Assembly: GCA_963831235.1 (NCBI GenBank)
Contig: CAWHPS010000035.1
Coordinates: forward strand, 44,725-76,724
Source of the DNA: an uncultured Fibrobacterota bacterium
GTDB lineage: Bacteria > Fibrobacterota > OXYB2-FULL-49-7 > JAEUSG01
DNA length: 32,000 nt
Direction of reading: 5' to 3'
Translations under genes and position numbers: made by a program
Shown here: in pieces, positions 1 through 9,057 of the stretch
Numbering within the stretch: position 1 is the first letter of the stretch
Layout: the number at the start of each line of letters is the position of its first letter
The notes under the pieces: generated by a model
What the model saw: only the letters and a program-made list of their open reading frames with translations
What the model was told of the DNA's origin: nothing
The model's database searches: none

Positions 1-2511
1 TAGTTCCATCAGGAAAATTGCCAGGAAACCACCTCCAAGGGACATTAACAAGTCGTTCAGAGTTACGGTGCCGAATCTGAAAAGACCCTGTAAAAACGGG
101 ATGGTTAGCACCAGGGAAATAACTGTGACCGTGCCTCCTATTACCCACCACAACGCAATGTTTTTCTCTTTAAGCATGCTGAAAATTGATCGGGTAAACG
201 ATCTATTTGTCAAAATCATTCCGAGATTGCATATAACCAGTGTCAAAAAGGCGAGAGAACGGCCCGCTTCCGCTGAATGATCCTGTCTTACTATGGAATA
301 TATTCCTAATGTTATTCCGAAAGTAACTATTCCCTGAACAATACAACGAAAGAGTGTTCCTGCGTTGAATAAACTGGCATTGATTTTTCGAGGGTTTCGA
401 TTCATGACTTTATTGTCATCCTTCTCTCCCTCGAATACGAGCGTACATGCAGGGTCGATTATCAATTCAAGAAATACGATGTGTATGGGAAACAGGATTA
501 ACGGCCATTTGAATATTACCGGAATCAGAGAAAGACCTGCAATTGGAATATGCACGGACAGAATGTACATCATGGCTTTTTTTAAGTTATCGTAAATACG
601 CCGGCCCATTCGTATTGCGGTTACTATCGAGTTGAAGTCATCGTCCAAAAGAACCAGGGATGCGGATTCGCGAGCCACATCCGTACCGCGGCCTCCCATG
701 GCAATACCAATGTGCGCGGCCTTGAGTGCGGGAGCGTCATTGACACCATCTCCGGTCATGGCCACAACTTCATTGTTTAATTTAAGGGCCTTTACAATAC
801 GCAGCTTTTGTTCAGGAACCATACGCGCAAATACATTTACCGTTTTTATCCGCATTGCCAACTGTTCATCGGTCATTTTCTCAAGATCAGCGCCAATTAT
901 ATGTTCTTCAAGATTTTTCAGGCCAAGCTGACGGGCAATGCTAAGGGCCGTACCAGGATAGTCTCCGGTTATCATGATGGTTCTTATTCCCGCGCCGTAG
1001 CATTCGCTTATGGCTTCGCGCACCATTGGCCTCACTGGGTCTTCAAGCCCCAGAAGACCGATGAATTTAAAATCGAAATCATGCTGCTGAAGAGGCAGAT
1101 CCCCTTTTTCATAAATCGCGCAGGCAACACCAATGACCCGTCGGCCCTCATTGCTCAACATATTGATATTGGATACAAGGCTTTTTGTCTGCATACCATC
1201 CAAGTGACAGATATCTGCTATGGCCTCTGGTGCACCTTTGGCGGCAATGACCAGTCTGTTATCTTTTTCCGATATCCATACTCGTGACATTGCGAGTAGC
1301 TCCCTTGTTAAAGGATACTCACGCTGCAGCGTCCATGTTTTGTGGAGATGTTCAGTTGTACTGAGTGTATGTTCACCAAGCTCCTTCATTGCTTTTTCCA
1401 TTGGGTCGAACGGATCAGCCGGACTGGCAAGAATACTGTATTCGACAACCTCGTGAAACTCCTCTGGGATATCGTTTCTTCCGGAGGTGACGGTGAACCT
1501 TTTATCTCCGGTCATGATATCCTTGACAATCATTTTATTCATTGTCAGGGTTCCTGTTTTATCAACACAAAGCACCGTTGCCGATCCTAATGTTTCAACT
1601 GCCGGAACCCTTCGAGTAAGAACGCGGTATTTTGAGATACGCCATGCCCCAAGCGCCAGAAAAACCGTAAGAACAACTGGAAACTCCTCGGGCAGGATTG
1701 CCATGGCAAGAGAAAGCCCTGCTAAAAAACCTTCGAGCAGCTTGCCCCGTGTGATCCAGTAAATAACAACAATGAGGGCGCATAATGATGCGCCAAAAAT
1801 GGCAAATGTTCGGACAATCTTTCCGGTTTGAACCTGGAGAGGAGTTTTTTCCTCTTTAAGCGTCAGCAGTGCTTTTCCTATTTTACCCAGCTCAGTACGT
1901 ACTCCAGTGGCTTTCACAACACCTACGGCTTGTCCTGAAACAACAAGAGTGCCAGAAAAAACAAACGGTAGATCATCTCCACCCGGTTTGCCCATTTCAC
2001 TTTTGCTGTCTTCAACCGAGGATTTCCGTACAGGTACGGACTCACCGGTAAGATGCGATTCATCTGCGGAGAAATTAAGAGCATGGATCAGAAGAGCATC
2101 AGCAGGAACACGATCTCCTTCGGATAAAAGTATGATGTCATCTCGAACAACCTCACGCCCAGGAATACGGCTTTTTACACTCTGACGCAAAACATGCGCA
2201 CGAGGGCTTGAAAGATCGCGTAAAGCCTCAAGTGCCCTTTCGGTTTTACGTTCCTGATAAAAAGTAATACCGATAATGACAAAAACGAATCCGAGAAGCA
2301 TTAGTGCTTCCTTTAATTCTCCTGATACAAGATAAAGCCCGCCGCAGACCATAAGAAGGAGAAACATAGGCTCTTTAAGAACACTTTTAAGAATATCCAA
2401 TGATTTTCGCCTGGCCTGTGACGGCAATTCATTTGGACCGTCCTGTGCCAGGCGCTCCTCAACATCTTTTTGTAAGAGGCCGCTTAATTTATCAATATCA
2501 AGTATTTGCAT
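1..2511 (-). CDS. Cation-transporting P-type ATPase (type II-like), partial, C-terminus off the left edge
   Basis: Minus-strand reading from ATG at 2511 (AGGTGG Shine-Dalgarno): MQILDIDKLSGLLQKDVEERLAQDGPNELPSQARRKSLDILKSVLKEPMF...; contains the phosphorylation motif VLCVDKTGTLT (revcomp near 1550-1575) and SEGDRVPADALLIHA. It is absent from the ORF track because it runs off the window; the listed + ORFs here are antisense. Confidence 0.9.
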   Translation of the reverse strand, partial: MQILDIDKLSGLLQKDVEERLAQDGPNELPSQARRKSLDILKSVLKEPMFLLLMVCGGLYLVSGELKEALMLLGFVFVIIGITFYQERKTERALEALRDLSSPRAHVLRQSVKSRIPGREVVRDDIILLSEGDRVPADALLIHALNFSADESHLTGESVPVRKSSVEDSKSEMGKPGGDDLPFVFSGTLVVSGQAVGVVKATGVRTELGKIGKALLTLKEEKTPLQVQTGKIVRTFAIFGASLCALIVVIYWITRGKLLEGFLAGLSLAMAILPEEFPVVLTVFLALGAWRISKYRVLTRRVPAVETLGSATVLCVDKTGTLTMNKMIVKDIMTGDKRFTVTSGRNDIPEEFHEVVEYSILASPADPFDPMEKAMKELGEHTLSTTEHLHKTWTLQREYPLTRELLAMSRVWISEKDNRLVIAAKGAPEAIADICHLDGMQTKSLVSNINMLSNEGRRVIGVACAIYEKGDLPLQQHDFDFKFIGLLGLEDPVRPMVREAISECYGAGIRTIMITGDYPGTALSIARQLGLKNLEEHIIGADLEKMTDEQLAMRIKTVNVFARMVPEQKLRIVKALKLNNEVVAMTGDGVNDAPALKAAHIGIAMGGRGTDVARESASLVLLDDDFNSIVTAIRMGRRIYDNLKKAMMYILSVHIPIAGLSLIPVIFKWPLILFPIHIVFLELIIDPACTLVFEGEKDDNKVMNRNPRKINASLFNAGTLFRCIVQGIVTFGITLGIYSIVRQDHSAEAGRSLAFLTLVICNLGMILTNRSFTRSIFSMLKEKNIALWWVIGGTVTVISLVLTIPFLQGLFRFGTVTLNDLLMSLGGGFLAIFLMEL

Positions 2512-2540
2512 ATTCCACCTATTGGTTCTTAATGAAATCC

Positions 2541-3080
2541 TTATTGCCCATTTGCTAAATGATGGCTTGCTGAATGAGGTGATTCAGTAACTTTGGCAAT
2601 ATGAGCGAGTCCAATAGCAGAGAGAATAAACAGAAAATGAATCCCCATTTGTCCGTAAACATTTATCCTGTCAAGTTTATCAATCTCAATAAATGATTTT
2701 AAAAGATGAATTGAACTGATTCCGATTAAGGCCATTGAAAGTTTGACCTTCATTGTGCTGGCATTGATATGATCCAGCCAGTCCGGTGGATTTTGTTCGC
2801 TGAAATGGATTTTTGCCACAAAGGTATGATAGCCGCCGATAATGACCATTATAAGAAGGTTTGAAATCATGACAACATCAATAAGTCCCAAAACCATGAG
2901 CATAATGTCCTGTTCGTTGAACTTTCCCAAACCTCGAATAAGATGTAAAAGCTCCTTGCAAAACTGGTACACATATATTCCCTGTGCCACAATAAGGCCA
3001 AAATATAATGGCGCCTGAAGCCACTGGCTTGCCACAATGACATTTGAAAAAATATTGCCTGGTTTCAATCCTTTTTGCAT
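2541..3080 (-). CDS. YqhA/UPF0114 family membrane protein
   Basis: 179 aa ORF with several hydrophobic helices and a family-like core (MALIGISSIHLLKSFIEID ... MVIIGGYHTFV), seen in the provided translation. Confidence 0.8.
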   Translation of the reverse strand: MQKGLKPGNIFSNVIVASQWLQAPLYFGLIVAQGIYVYQFCKELLHLIRGLGKFNEQDIMLMVLGLIDVVMISNLLIMVIIGGYHTFVAKIHFSEQNPPDWLDHINASTMKVKLSMALIGISSIHLLKSFIEIDKLDRINVYGQMGIHFLFILSAIGLAHIAKVTESPHSASHHLANGQ

Positions 3081-3127
3081 TTTACTCCTTTCAAAATGTA
3101 ATTATGGTTTTACCTTTTATAGCACTT

Positions 3128-3334
3128 TTATTCTTCAACATCTACTATATACCCATTTTCTATAAGCATCGAAATTACCGCCTCCCTGTTCTTCCAGTTA
3201 ACATTAATAATATTAAATGATTCATTCTTTATACAGGCCATGTTGGCGCCCATATCCGTTAGTTTCTTGAGTATTTCCGGATTAAAACAGGAGGAAGATT
3301 TGGTAACCTTGATCCAACGGTTCAATCTGGGCAT
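3128..3334 (-). CDS. Small hypothetical protein (68 aa)
   Basis: Complete small ORF closely spaced upstream of the YqhA-like gene, AGGAGAAC Shine-Dalgarno before its ATG. Confidence 0.45.
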   Translation of the reverse strand: MPRLNRWIKVTKSSSCFNPEILKKLTDMGANMACIKNESFNIINVNWKNREAVISMLIENGYIVDVEE

Positions 3335-3416
3335 TTTATTTGTTCTCCTTTATAATATGCTAAGGAAATTCCCTTTTTCGGCATAACAGGTTTCATTTAT
3401 TGCTTTTAAATTATAT

Positions 3417-3842
3417 TTACTGCATTCTGCCGTTTATTGCACTCTTCAGTTTCGAGAACCCTGCAAATTTAATGCTGAAATTATATAATATCTGGTTTTC
3501 CGCAAGTTTGGCAGCTTCTATGTCAATGTCCACATTATTTTTACCCGAAGCATTTGATGGATCATAGGGCTCATAGCTTTCCGGATGTACCTTCTTTAGC
3601 GCCGCCTTTTTCCCGATTTCAATATGTTCCGGTTGGGTTCGAGCACCCTCACTTTTAATTTTCAAAGCTTTCCTTAAAGCTTCTTCAAAAGCAACCTCCT
3701 TCCGCTGATATCCAGGAACATCAACATTCGCCACATTTTGTGCAACAGCCTTGCTTCGAAGCATGCTTGCATCCAGGCTTTTGTAAACAGCCTGCCGTGT
3801 CTGTGTACGAAACAAATGATCTCCGACTTTTTTTGTATCCAT
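3417..3842 (-). CDS. flgB: Flagellar basal-body rod protein FlgB-like
   Basis: 141 aa: ...SLDASMLRSKAVAQNVANVDVPGYQRKEVAFEEAL...; the N-V-A-N-x-D-x-P-G-Y-x-R/K motif is characteristic of FlgB-type rod proteins. Confidence 0.85.
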   Translation of the reverse strand: MDTKKVGDHLFRTQTRQAVYKSLDASMLRSKAVAQNVANVDVPGYQRKEVAFEEALRKALKIKSEGARTQPEHIEIGKKAALKKVHPESYEPYDPSNASGKNNVDIDIEAAKLAENQILYNFSIKFAGFSKLKSAINGRMQ

Positions 3843-4320
3843 TTTAAAGATCTCCTCCTCAGGTTAAAAATCAACCGCTTGTACTTTTGGGAAAGGTAAA
3901 AACGGAAAACAGGATGGTTTAGATTATCAGACATATCGTCGAAAAACTATCGAGAAAAGTATTCGGGCAAAAGCAGACATGTATGGGAATACCAGGTCTG
4001 GAACCAGTTGTCATTTCTTCGCGAAAGAGGATTAACGGAAGATAAACCTGATCCAGGGAGGTTCGTCGTACTTTGACAGCATGATTCTGACCATTTATTG
4101 TGCAATTACAATTCGGTCCGGATAGAGCAATACTGATTTCCGAATGGTTCACCTTAATCCCAGAACAGCAGCAATCATCATCTGACAAATTCAATTGGAG
4201 GCAGATAAAAAAAGCAGTAAATAAAATATATGATGCTTTAAAGACCATTATGATAATTTATGATATTCCACTTTGGTTTTCAACATTTTTGTATCACTAA
4301 CGGACTTGAATCTGTTATAT
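3638..4320. repeat. Direct repeat copy 1 (~680 bp), covers the 5' part of flgB plus its upstream DNA
   Basis: Starts at TTCGAGCACCCTCACTTTTAATTTT and aligns collinearly with 5256-5937 at an offset of 1617-1618 bp, about nine in ten bases identical by eye. Confidence 0.9.
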
Positions 4321-4556
4321 ACACTGATTAACTTCGCGGGCAACCATAAAAAGCTGTTGTGTATTGTCAAAAAAATGACTATCTTAAACATGAGGAAGAG
4401 TAAACAAAGCGAAGAATGATGCGCCCTGGCAGCCCATCAAATGCTGCTGAGAACTTTTGATTGTCGAGTTATACAACTATAAGAGTTTCTCAAAGTAATC
4501 TGAAACTGCTTGTGAAAATCCATGTCTTCCACATTGAAAAGCAGGATTAACATACC

Positions 4557-5255
4557 ATGACCACGAATTTTCCTAACGGACTACCACGGAATAAGAATTT
4601 TCTTTTTCTGGTCCGCACAACACCCGAAGGCCGGCTCCTTCTTGCCTTTTTCGGGGTCGCGTTCATCCTAATCGCCATGCTGGTTTATAATATAATTTAT
4701 GACCCGGTAACAGCCGCTGTCATGAGCGAAATTGTAACTGTAAATTCAATGGGGGGGCGCGGACCTGCCGTGGGTCTTTGTTTCTATGCAGGCTGGGCAG
4801 CATGGCAGGCGTATTTGTATAATGTTCTGCTTGAAACGGCCAATCTTTTTCTCATCTATTCTCTTTTTACCCTGTCGGTCCACCATTACCTGGAATTCCA
4901 ATGGCTTACACGGCTTAGAAACAATGCGGAAAAAACAGCCCACCGTTTCGAGCACTGGATCAGCCGTTATGGTTTCTGGGGAGTCATGGTTTTTGTTGCA
5001 ATTCCGCTTCCTTTTACAGGGCCGGTAATAGGTTCCATTATCGCCTATTTCCTGAAGTTCAGCGTTAAAAAAACCCTACTCGCTACAATACCCGGTTTTA
5101 TGCTGTCCATAGGTGTATGGGTTCTCTTTTTTAATAAGCTTCAAGAGAATAGAACAGCTTTCATGACAGTGTTTATCGCGCTGATTGTCATTACTCTTTT
5201 CGGGCTTGTCAAAATTCTTTACACCATGTTGAGCGGAAAGAAGGAGAACAGATGA
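4557..5255 (+). CDS. Small multidrug export / VTT-type membrane protein (COG2426-like)
   Basis: 232 aa, GVMVFVAIPLPFTGPVIGSIIAYFLKFSVKKTLLATIPGFMLSIGVWV resembles the putative small multi-drug export family. Confidence 0.65.
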   Translation: MTTNFPNGLPRNKNFLFLVRTTPEGRLLLAFFGVAFILIAMLVYNIIYDPVTAAVMSEIVTVNSMGGRGPAVGLCFYAGWAAWQAYLYNVLLETANLFLIYSLFTLSVHHYLEFQWLTRLRNNAEKTAHRFEHWISRYGFWGVMVFVAIPLPFTGPVIGSIIAYFLKFSVKKTLLATIPGFMLSIGVWVLFFNKLQENRTAFMTVFIALIVITLFGLVKILYTMLSGKKENR

Positions 5256-5459
5256 TTCGAGCACCCTCACTTTTAATTTTCAAATCCTTCCTTAAGCTTC
5301 TTCAAAAGCAACCTCCTTCCGCTGATATCCAGGAACATCAACATTCGCCACATTTTGTGCAATAGCTTTGCTTCGAAGCATGCTTGCATCCAGGCTTTTG
5401 TAAACAGCCTGCCGTGTCTGTGTACGAAACAAATGATCTCCGACTTTTTTTGTATCCAT
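5256..5459 (-). pseudogene. Truncated, frameshifted 5' fragment of flgB
   Basis: From ATG at 5459 reads MDTKKVGDHLFRTQTRQAVYKSLDASMLRSKAIAQNVANVDVPGYQRKEVAFEEA then TAA because of the 1-bp deletion relative to copy 1; the 3' third of the gene is missing. Confidence 0.85.
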
Positions 5460-5937
5460 TTTAAAGATCTCCTTCTCAGGTTAAAAATCAACCGCTTGTA
5501 ATTTTGGGAAAGGTAAAGACGGAAAACAGGATGGTTTAGATTATCAGACGTATCGTCGAAAGACTATCAAGAAAAGTATTCGGGCAAAAGCAGACATGTA
5601 TGGGAATACTAGGTCTGGAACCGGTTGTCATTTCTTCTCGAAAGAGTATTAACGGAAGATAAACCTGATCCAGGGAGGTTCGTCGTACTTTGACAGCATG
5701 ATTCTGGCCATTTATTGCGCAATTACAATCCGGTGCGGATAGAGCAATACCGCTTTTCGAATGGTCCATCCTTATAGCAGAACAACGGCAAACATCATCT
5801 GACAAATTCAATTGGAGGCAAACGAAAAAAGCAGTAAATAAAATATATAATGCTTTAAAGAACATGGACAGAATTTATGATATTCCATTGTAGTTTTCAA
5901 CATTTTCATATCGGTAAATGCCTTAAATCTGTTTTAT
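5256..5937. repeat. Direct repeat copy 2 (~680 bp)
   Basis: Same sequence as 3638-4320 with scattered substitutions and a 1-bp deletion (TTAAAGC to TTAAGC) inside the flgB portion. Confidence 0.9.
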
Positions 5938-6018
5938 AGATGAAAGACCCTTTATTTTTGGATCAACTGCAATTGCAGTGGGTCTCACTCTATGAAATGG
6001 ATTTGAAACTCAATCAAA

Positions 6019-7231
6019 TCAGTGATTTCCCAGATTTCCGCATTTGCGGAGTATTTTAAGACGAAAATATTGCCAATCATGAAACCCATAAGCATTTTTC
6101 TTGATTGTCTTGACAACATTGTTGAACCCTTCACTCAGGCCGTTGGTACACCGGAGCTTGAAGAAATTCAGAATGCCAAATCGTCGACGGTTGAGCATCT
6201 TGATGTAATCGAGGATTTCTTTAATACCGCTTTCCCGAGCACGGTGTTTCCACTCACTCAGTTCGGCGCGTGCTTGCCGGGGATTCATCCGGCGGAAAAC
6301 AACCCGCAAATCCTCCTTGAGGATATACGCAGTGTTCAATGTTTCGTTTGCGGGCAAGCGGAGCAGGTCTTTGAGCCGGACACGTTGCGACTGCTTCAAA
6401 TCTTCCCTTGGGCGCAAAAGCAAATAGCGGGAACCTTTCAAAAGGCGTCTCCCCTCTGGTGGAAGTTTCGCTTTGGAGCCGTCGACGAATATTGTCGATA
6501 GCCAAGCTCAGAGGCTTGATAACATGAAAATGATCGTAGACGATTTTGACGCGCGGACAACGAGCCCGGATTTCTGCTTCATAGGGGTTGTGCATGTCAA
6601 TGACCACGCATCGAAGTCGGCGGCTTCGTTTTTGGCCAAACCAGCTGAAGAACTTTCGCAAGGTTGCTCGGTTGCGGTTTCGTCCCACCCAAATAACGCG
6701 GTGGCTTTCCAAATCGGTTACAATCGTCAGGTAGCGATGCCCTTTTTTCTCGGCCACTTCGTCGATACCCAGAATGGTAATTCCGTCCAAGTTCCGCTTT
6801 CTCAACAAACCAACGATATGGCGAATTTCAGCATCCTTGATTGTCCTCCAATCAGTTCCTGTCCAATCGGATACATCTTTCAATGTCGTACCACCTGTCA
6901 ACTGAAACAGCCACCGCTCGTACCGACGAGTACATCGAGATTGGGGACGTGCTATTGGAAGAGAAACCCGACGAACTCCACATTGAGGACAGTCAATTCG
7001 ATGTCGACAAACCCACAGCCAGACTTTATGCGGACCGATATTCAAATCTCGCAGACGAACCCATACATGATCGTAGTGATGTTGGAACGTCCGGCCACAC
7101 CCATCGCACGTCCATTTGTGTTTCCTTGGTTCCAGCCAAATTTCAAGACTTTTCTTGTTGTGTCTTTTCCATGTAACTACACCATAACTTTGAAGTCCCA
7201 AGAACGAATTGATAATATTATCATTGGACAT
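6019..7231 (-). pseudogene. ISL3-family transposase, split into two frames
   Basis: N-terminal frame 6254-7231 (WTCDGCGRTF...CPQCGVRR...ILGIDEVAEKKGHRYLTIVTDL...VIDMHNPYEAEIR...KIVYDHFHVIK) and C-terminal frame 6019-6441 (LKGSRYLLLRPREDLK...TAYILKEDLR...CTNGLSEGFNNVVKTIKKNAYGFHDWQYFRLKIL). Together they cover the ISL3 transposase, with a single frame change at roughly 6440-6480. Confidence 0.85.
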
Positions 7232-7382
7232 CCCTCTGTCTCCTGGTTAAAGATTGTCACCAACAACCTTATACCAGAACGGGGGATGTCTTTTCAACTT
7301 TTACTCACATCAATGATCCTTCGAATAGATTTTCATCTTACTATAGACGCAATACACATTTTGCTCTTGAACTGCAGTGAAA

Positions 7383-7441
7383 ATATTCCTTGGAAAAAGC
7401 CCCCCTGCTTTTTTGGAGCAGGGGCTTTTTCCAAGGAATAT
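7383..7441. terminator. Bidirectional terminator-like hairpin
   Basis: ATATTCCTTGGAAAAAGCCCCCCTGC - TTTTTTGGA - GCAGGGGCTTTTTCCAAGGAATAT: 24-bp complementary arms with a 2-nt bulge; A5/T5 flank the GC core on both sides. Confidence 0.8.
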
Positions 7442-7596
7442 CATAGAGATAAGTGAAATAATAGGCTTAAGAAGAATGCTACAACCCTTGACATCGCGCT
7501 TTTAGCATGGGTACCCACTGCAATTGCAGAAGAACCTTATTTTTGTTGTTTCCATACGTATGGTGCACTTATTTTTTATGTTATTGGAGGATAACA

Positions 7597-9006
7597 ATGC
7601 CGATTTCTCGACGTGAATTTTTAAAAAAAAGCGCACAATCTTCTGCAGCCATATCGTTTGCATTTGGATTATCCGGATTCTCACCTGCAGAAGTACAAGC
7701 TGAGCCCAGCGTTCTTAACAAATGGCCGGGCCGGGCAGTAGTCAATTATAACAGGAATGCCACCACCGGTTCCTCAGGGAATCAGGAAGTCATCAAATCC
7801 ATGGTGAATGACGCCATCAAATTATTGACCGGTCAGGCAACCGTAGGTGAGGCCTGGAAAGCAATTTTTCCCGTCACGCTAACTGCAGCAAGCAAAATAG
7901 CCATCAAGGTCAACCTCCTGAACTCCAATACACCCACGCATCCCCATGTGGTCAAAGGCATTACTGACGGACTGCAGGAGATGAATATCAACGGTACGGC
8001 TTTTCCTGCCGCAAATATTACACTATATGACAATTACAGCTTCAGCAATTCCGGATACACATTATCTCTCTTTCCAGGCATATCCATGCTGCAACAGGGT
8101 GACTGGGCCTGGAAGGCGCATGGCGACGGGGCCTTTGGAGACGCCATTTATGCGGATGCCCTGTACAACGCCGATTTTCTAATAAATGTGCCAGTGCTCA
8201 AGGGCCATGGGAGCAGTGTAGGCGGCGTCACACTCGGATTTAAGAACCATTACGGGACATATACCCCAGGGTGCTATGCGGCTAACGGAGATCACCATTC
8301 CTATTTGCAGACCATCAATTGCACCGGGCCGGTATTCAATAAAACCGTCCTGACCATTGTAAGCGCAATTTTCGCCCAGCTTGAAATGGTGGGGCCGGAT
8401 GGAGTACCCCAAAACTTCCTCACATACGCCAGGACCAGGGATGCTTCCACATCAAACCCGAATCCGAATACCCTTATATTAAGCACAGATCCGGTTACGG
8501 CGGAATTTCAAGGCATTAAAATTCAAAAGATCCAGGGAGGTAAACCATATACGGTGAATGATATGCCGGACTACCTGAGGGCCTCAGCTGGAATTTCAGG
8601 AGTGTTGAGCACAACTTACAATATCGGGGAGCTGAATGAAACACAAATGGCCTGCGGTGAAATCGTCAATGGTGAGACGACAATTCCTTTGAACACATCT
8701 GTTAGCCGGAAAAAACCGAGTGCAACGCAATCAGCGGATTGGCTGCGCATTCCAGTCAATCCCTCTTCTGCTCCGGTATGCATTGAATCCCTAATCCATG
8801 ATGTCCCTACACGTAATGTAAACATTTCCATTTACACCATTCAAGGGAGGATGGTGTGGCAATTTCCACCGGTATCCATGAATCAAAATAGATTCTCCTG
8901 GGCTGGTACGGACATGGCAGGCAGGGCTCAACCAGCGGGTGAATATGTGGTCCGTGCCATAACTGAAAGAACGAGCCTGTCCAGCAGGTTCATTTTATTG
9001 CGATAA
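7597..9006 (+). CDS. Tat-signal DUF362 domain protein with a C-terminal FlgD/sorting-like domain
   Basis: GGAGG then ATG at 7597: MPISRREFLKKSAQSSAAISFAFGLSGF (twin-arginine RRxFLKK signal); DUF362-like NVPVLKGHGSSVGGVTLGFKNHYG; C-term ISIYTIQGRMVW...WAGTDMAGRAQPAGEYVVRA resembles FlgD-Ig/T9SS-like C-terminal domains. The track start 7507 is probably too early. Confidence 0.75.
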   Translation: MPISRREFLKKSAQSSAAISFAFGLSGFSPAEVQAEPSVLNKWPGRAVVNYNRNATTGSSGNQEVIKSMVNDAIKLLTGQATVGEAWKAIFPVTLTAASKIAIKVNLLNSNTPTHPHVVKGITDGLQEMNINGTAFPAANITLYDNYSFSNSGYTLSLFPGISMLQQGDWAWKAHGDGAFGDAIYADALYNADFLINVPVLKGHGSSVGGVTLGFKNHYGTYTPGCYAANGDHHSYLQTINCTGPVFNKTVLTIVSAIFAQLEMVGPDGVPQNFLTYARTRDASTSNPNPNTLILSTDPVTAEFQGIKIQKIQGGKPYTVNDMPDYLRASAGISGVLSTTYNIGELNETQMACGEIVNGETTIPLNTSVSRKKPSATQSADWLRIPVNPSSAPVCIESLIHDVPTRNVNISIYTIQGRMVWQFPPVSMNQNRFSWAGTDMAGRAQPAGEYVVRAITERTSLSSRFILLR

Positions 9007-9057
9007 CTTCCAATGGAAATTCCATTTGATTCGGGAAGAATTCATATTTTCAATTAT

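Noticed and set aside
68-2185. Chain of small plus-strand ORFs (68-280, 365-595, 632-931, 808-1287, 1220-1456, 1342-1590, 1487-1762, 1869-2051, 1907-2185)
   Set aside because: All lie antisense to the P-type ATPase frame, which carries recognisable motifs; their translations show no domain signal.
3674-5491. Plus-strand ORFs 3674-3934 and 5273-5491 with near-identical translations
   Set aside because: They are antisense to the two flgB copies; the similarity reflects the DNA repeat, not a protein family.
5940-6018. Attempt to define terminal inverted repeats for the ISL3-type element (GGGTCTCACTCTATGAAATGGA at the left side)
   Set aside because: No matching inverted copy was found upstream of 7231-7450, so the element ends could not be supported; it is reported only as a transposase remnant.
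6473-7456. 327-aa plus-strand ORF
   Set aside because: It is antisense to the ISL3 transposase and shows no coding signature of its own; long antisense ORFs are common in such genes.
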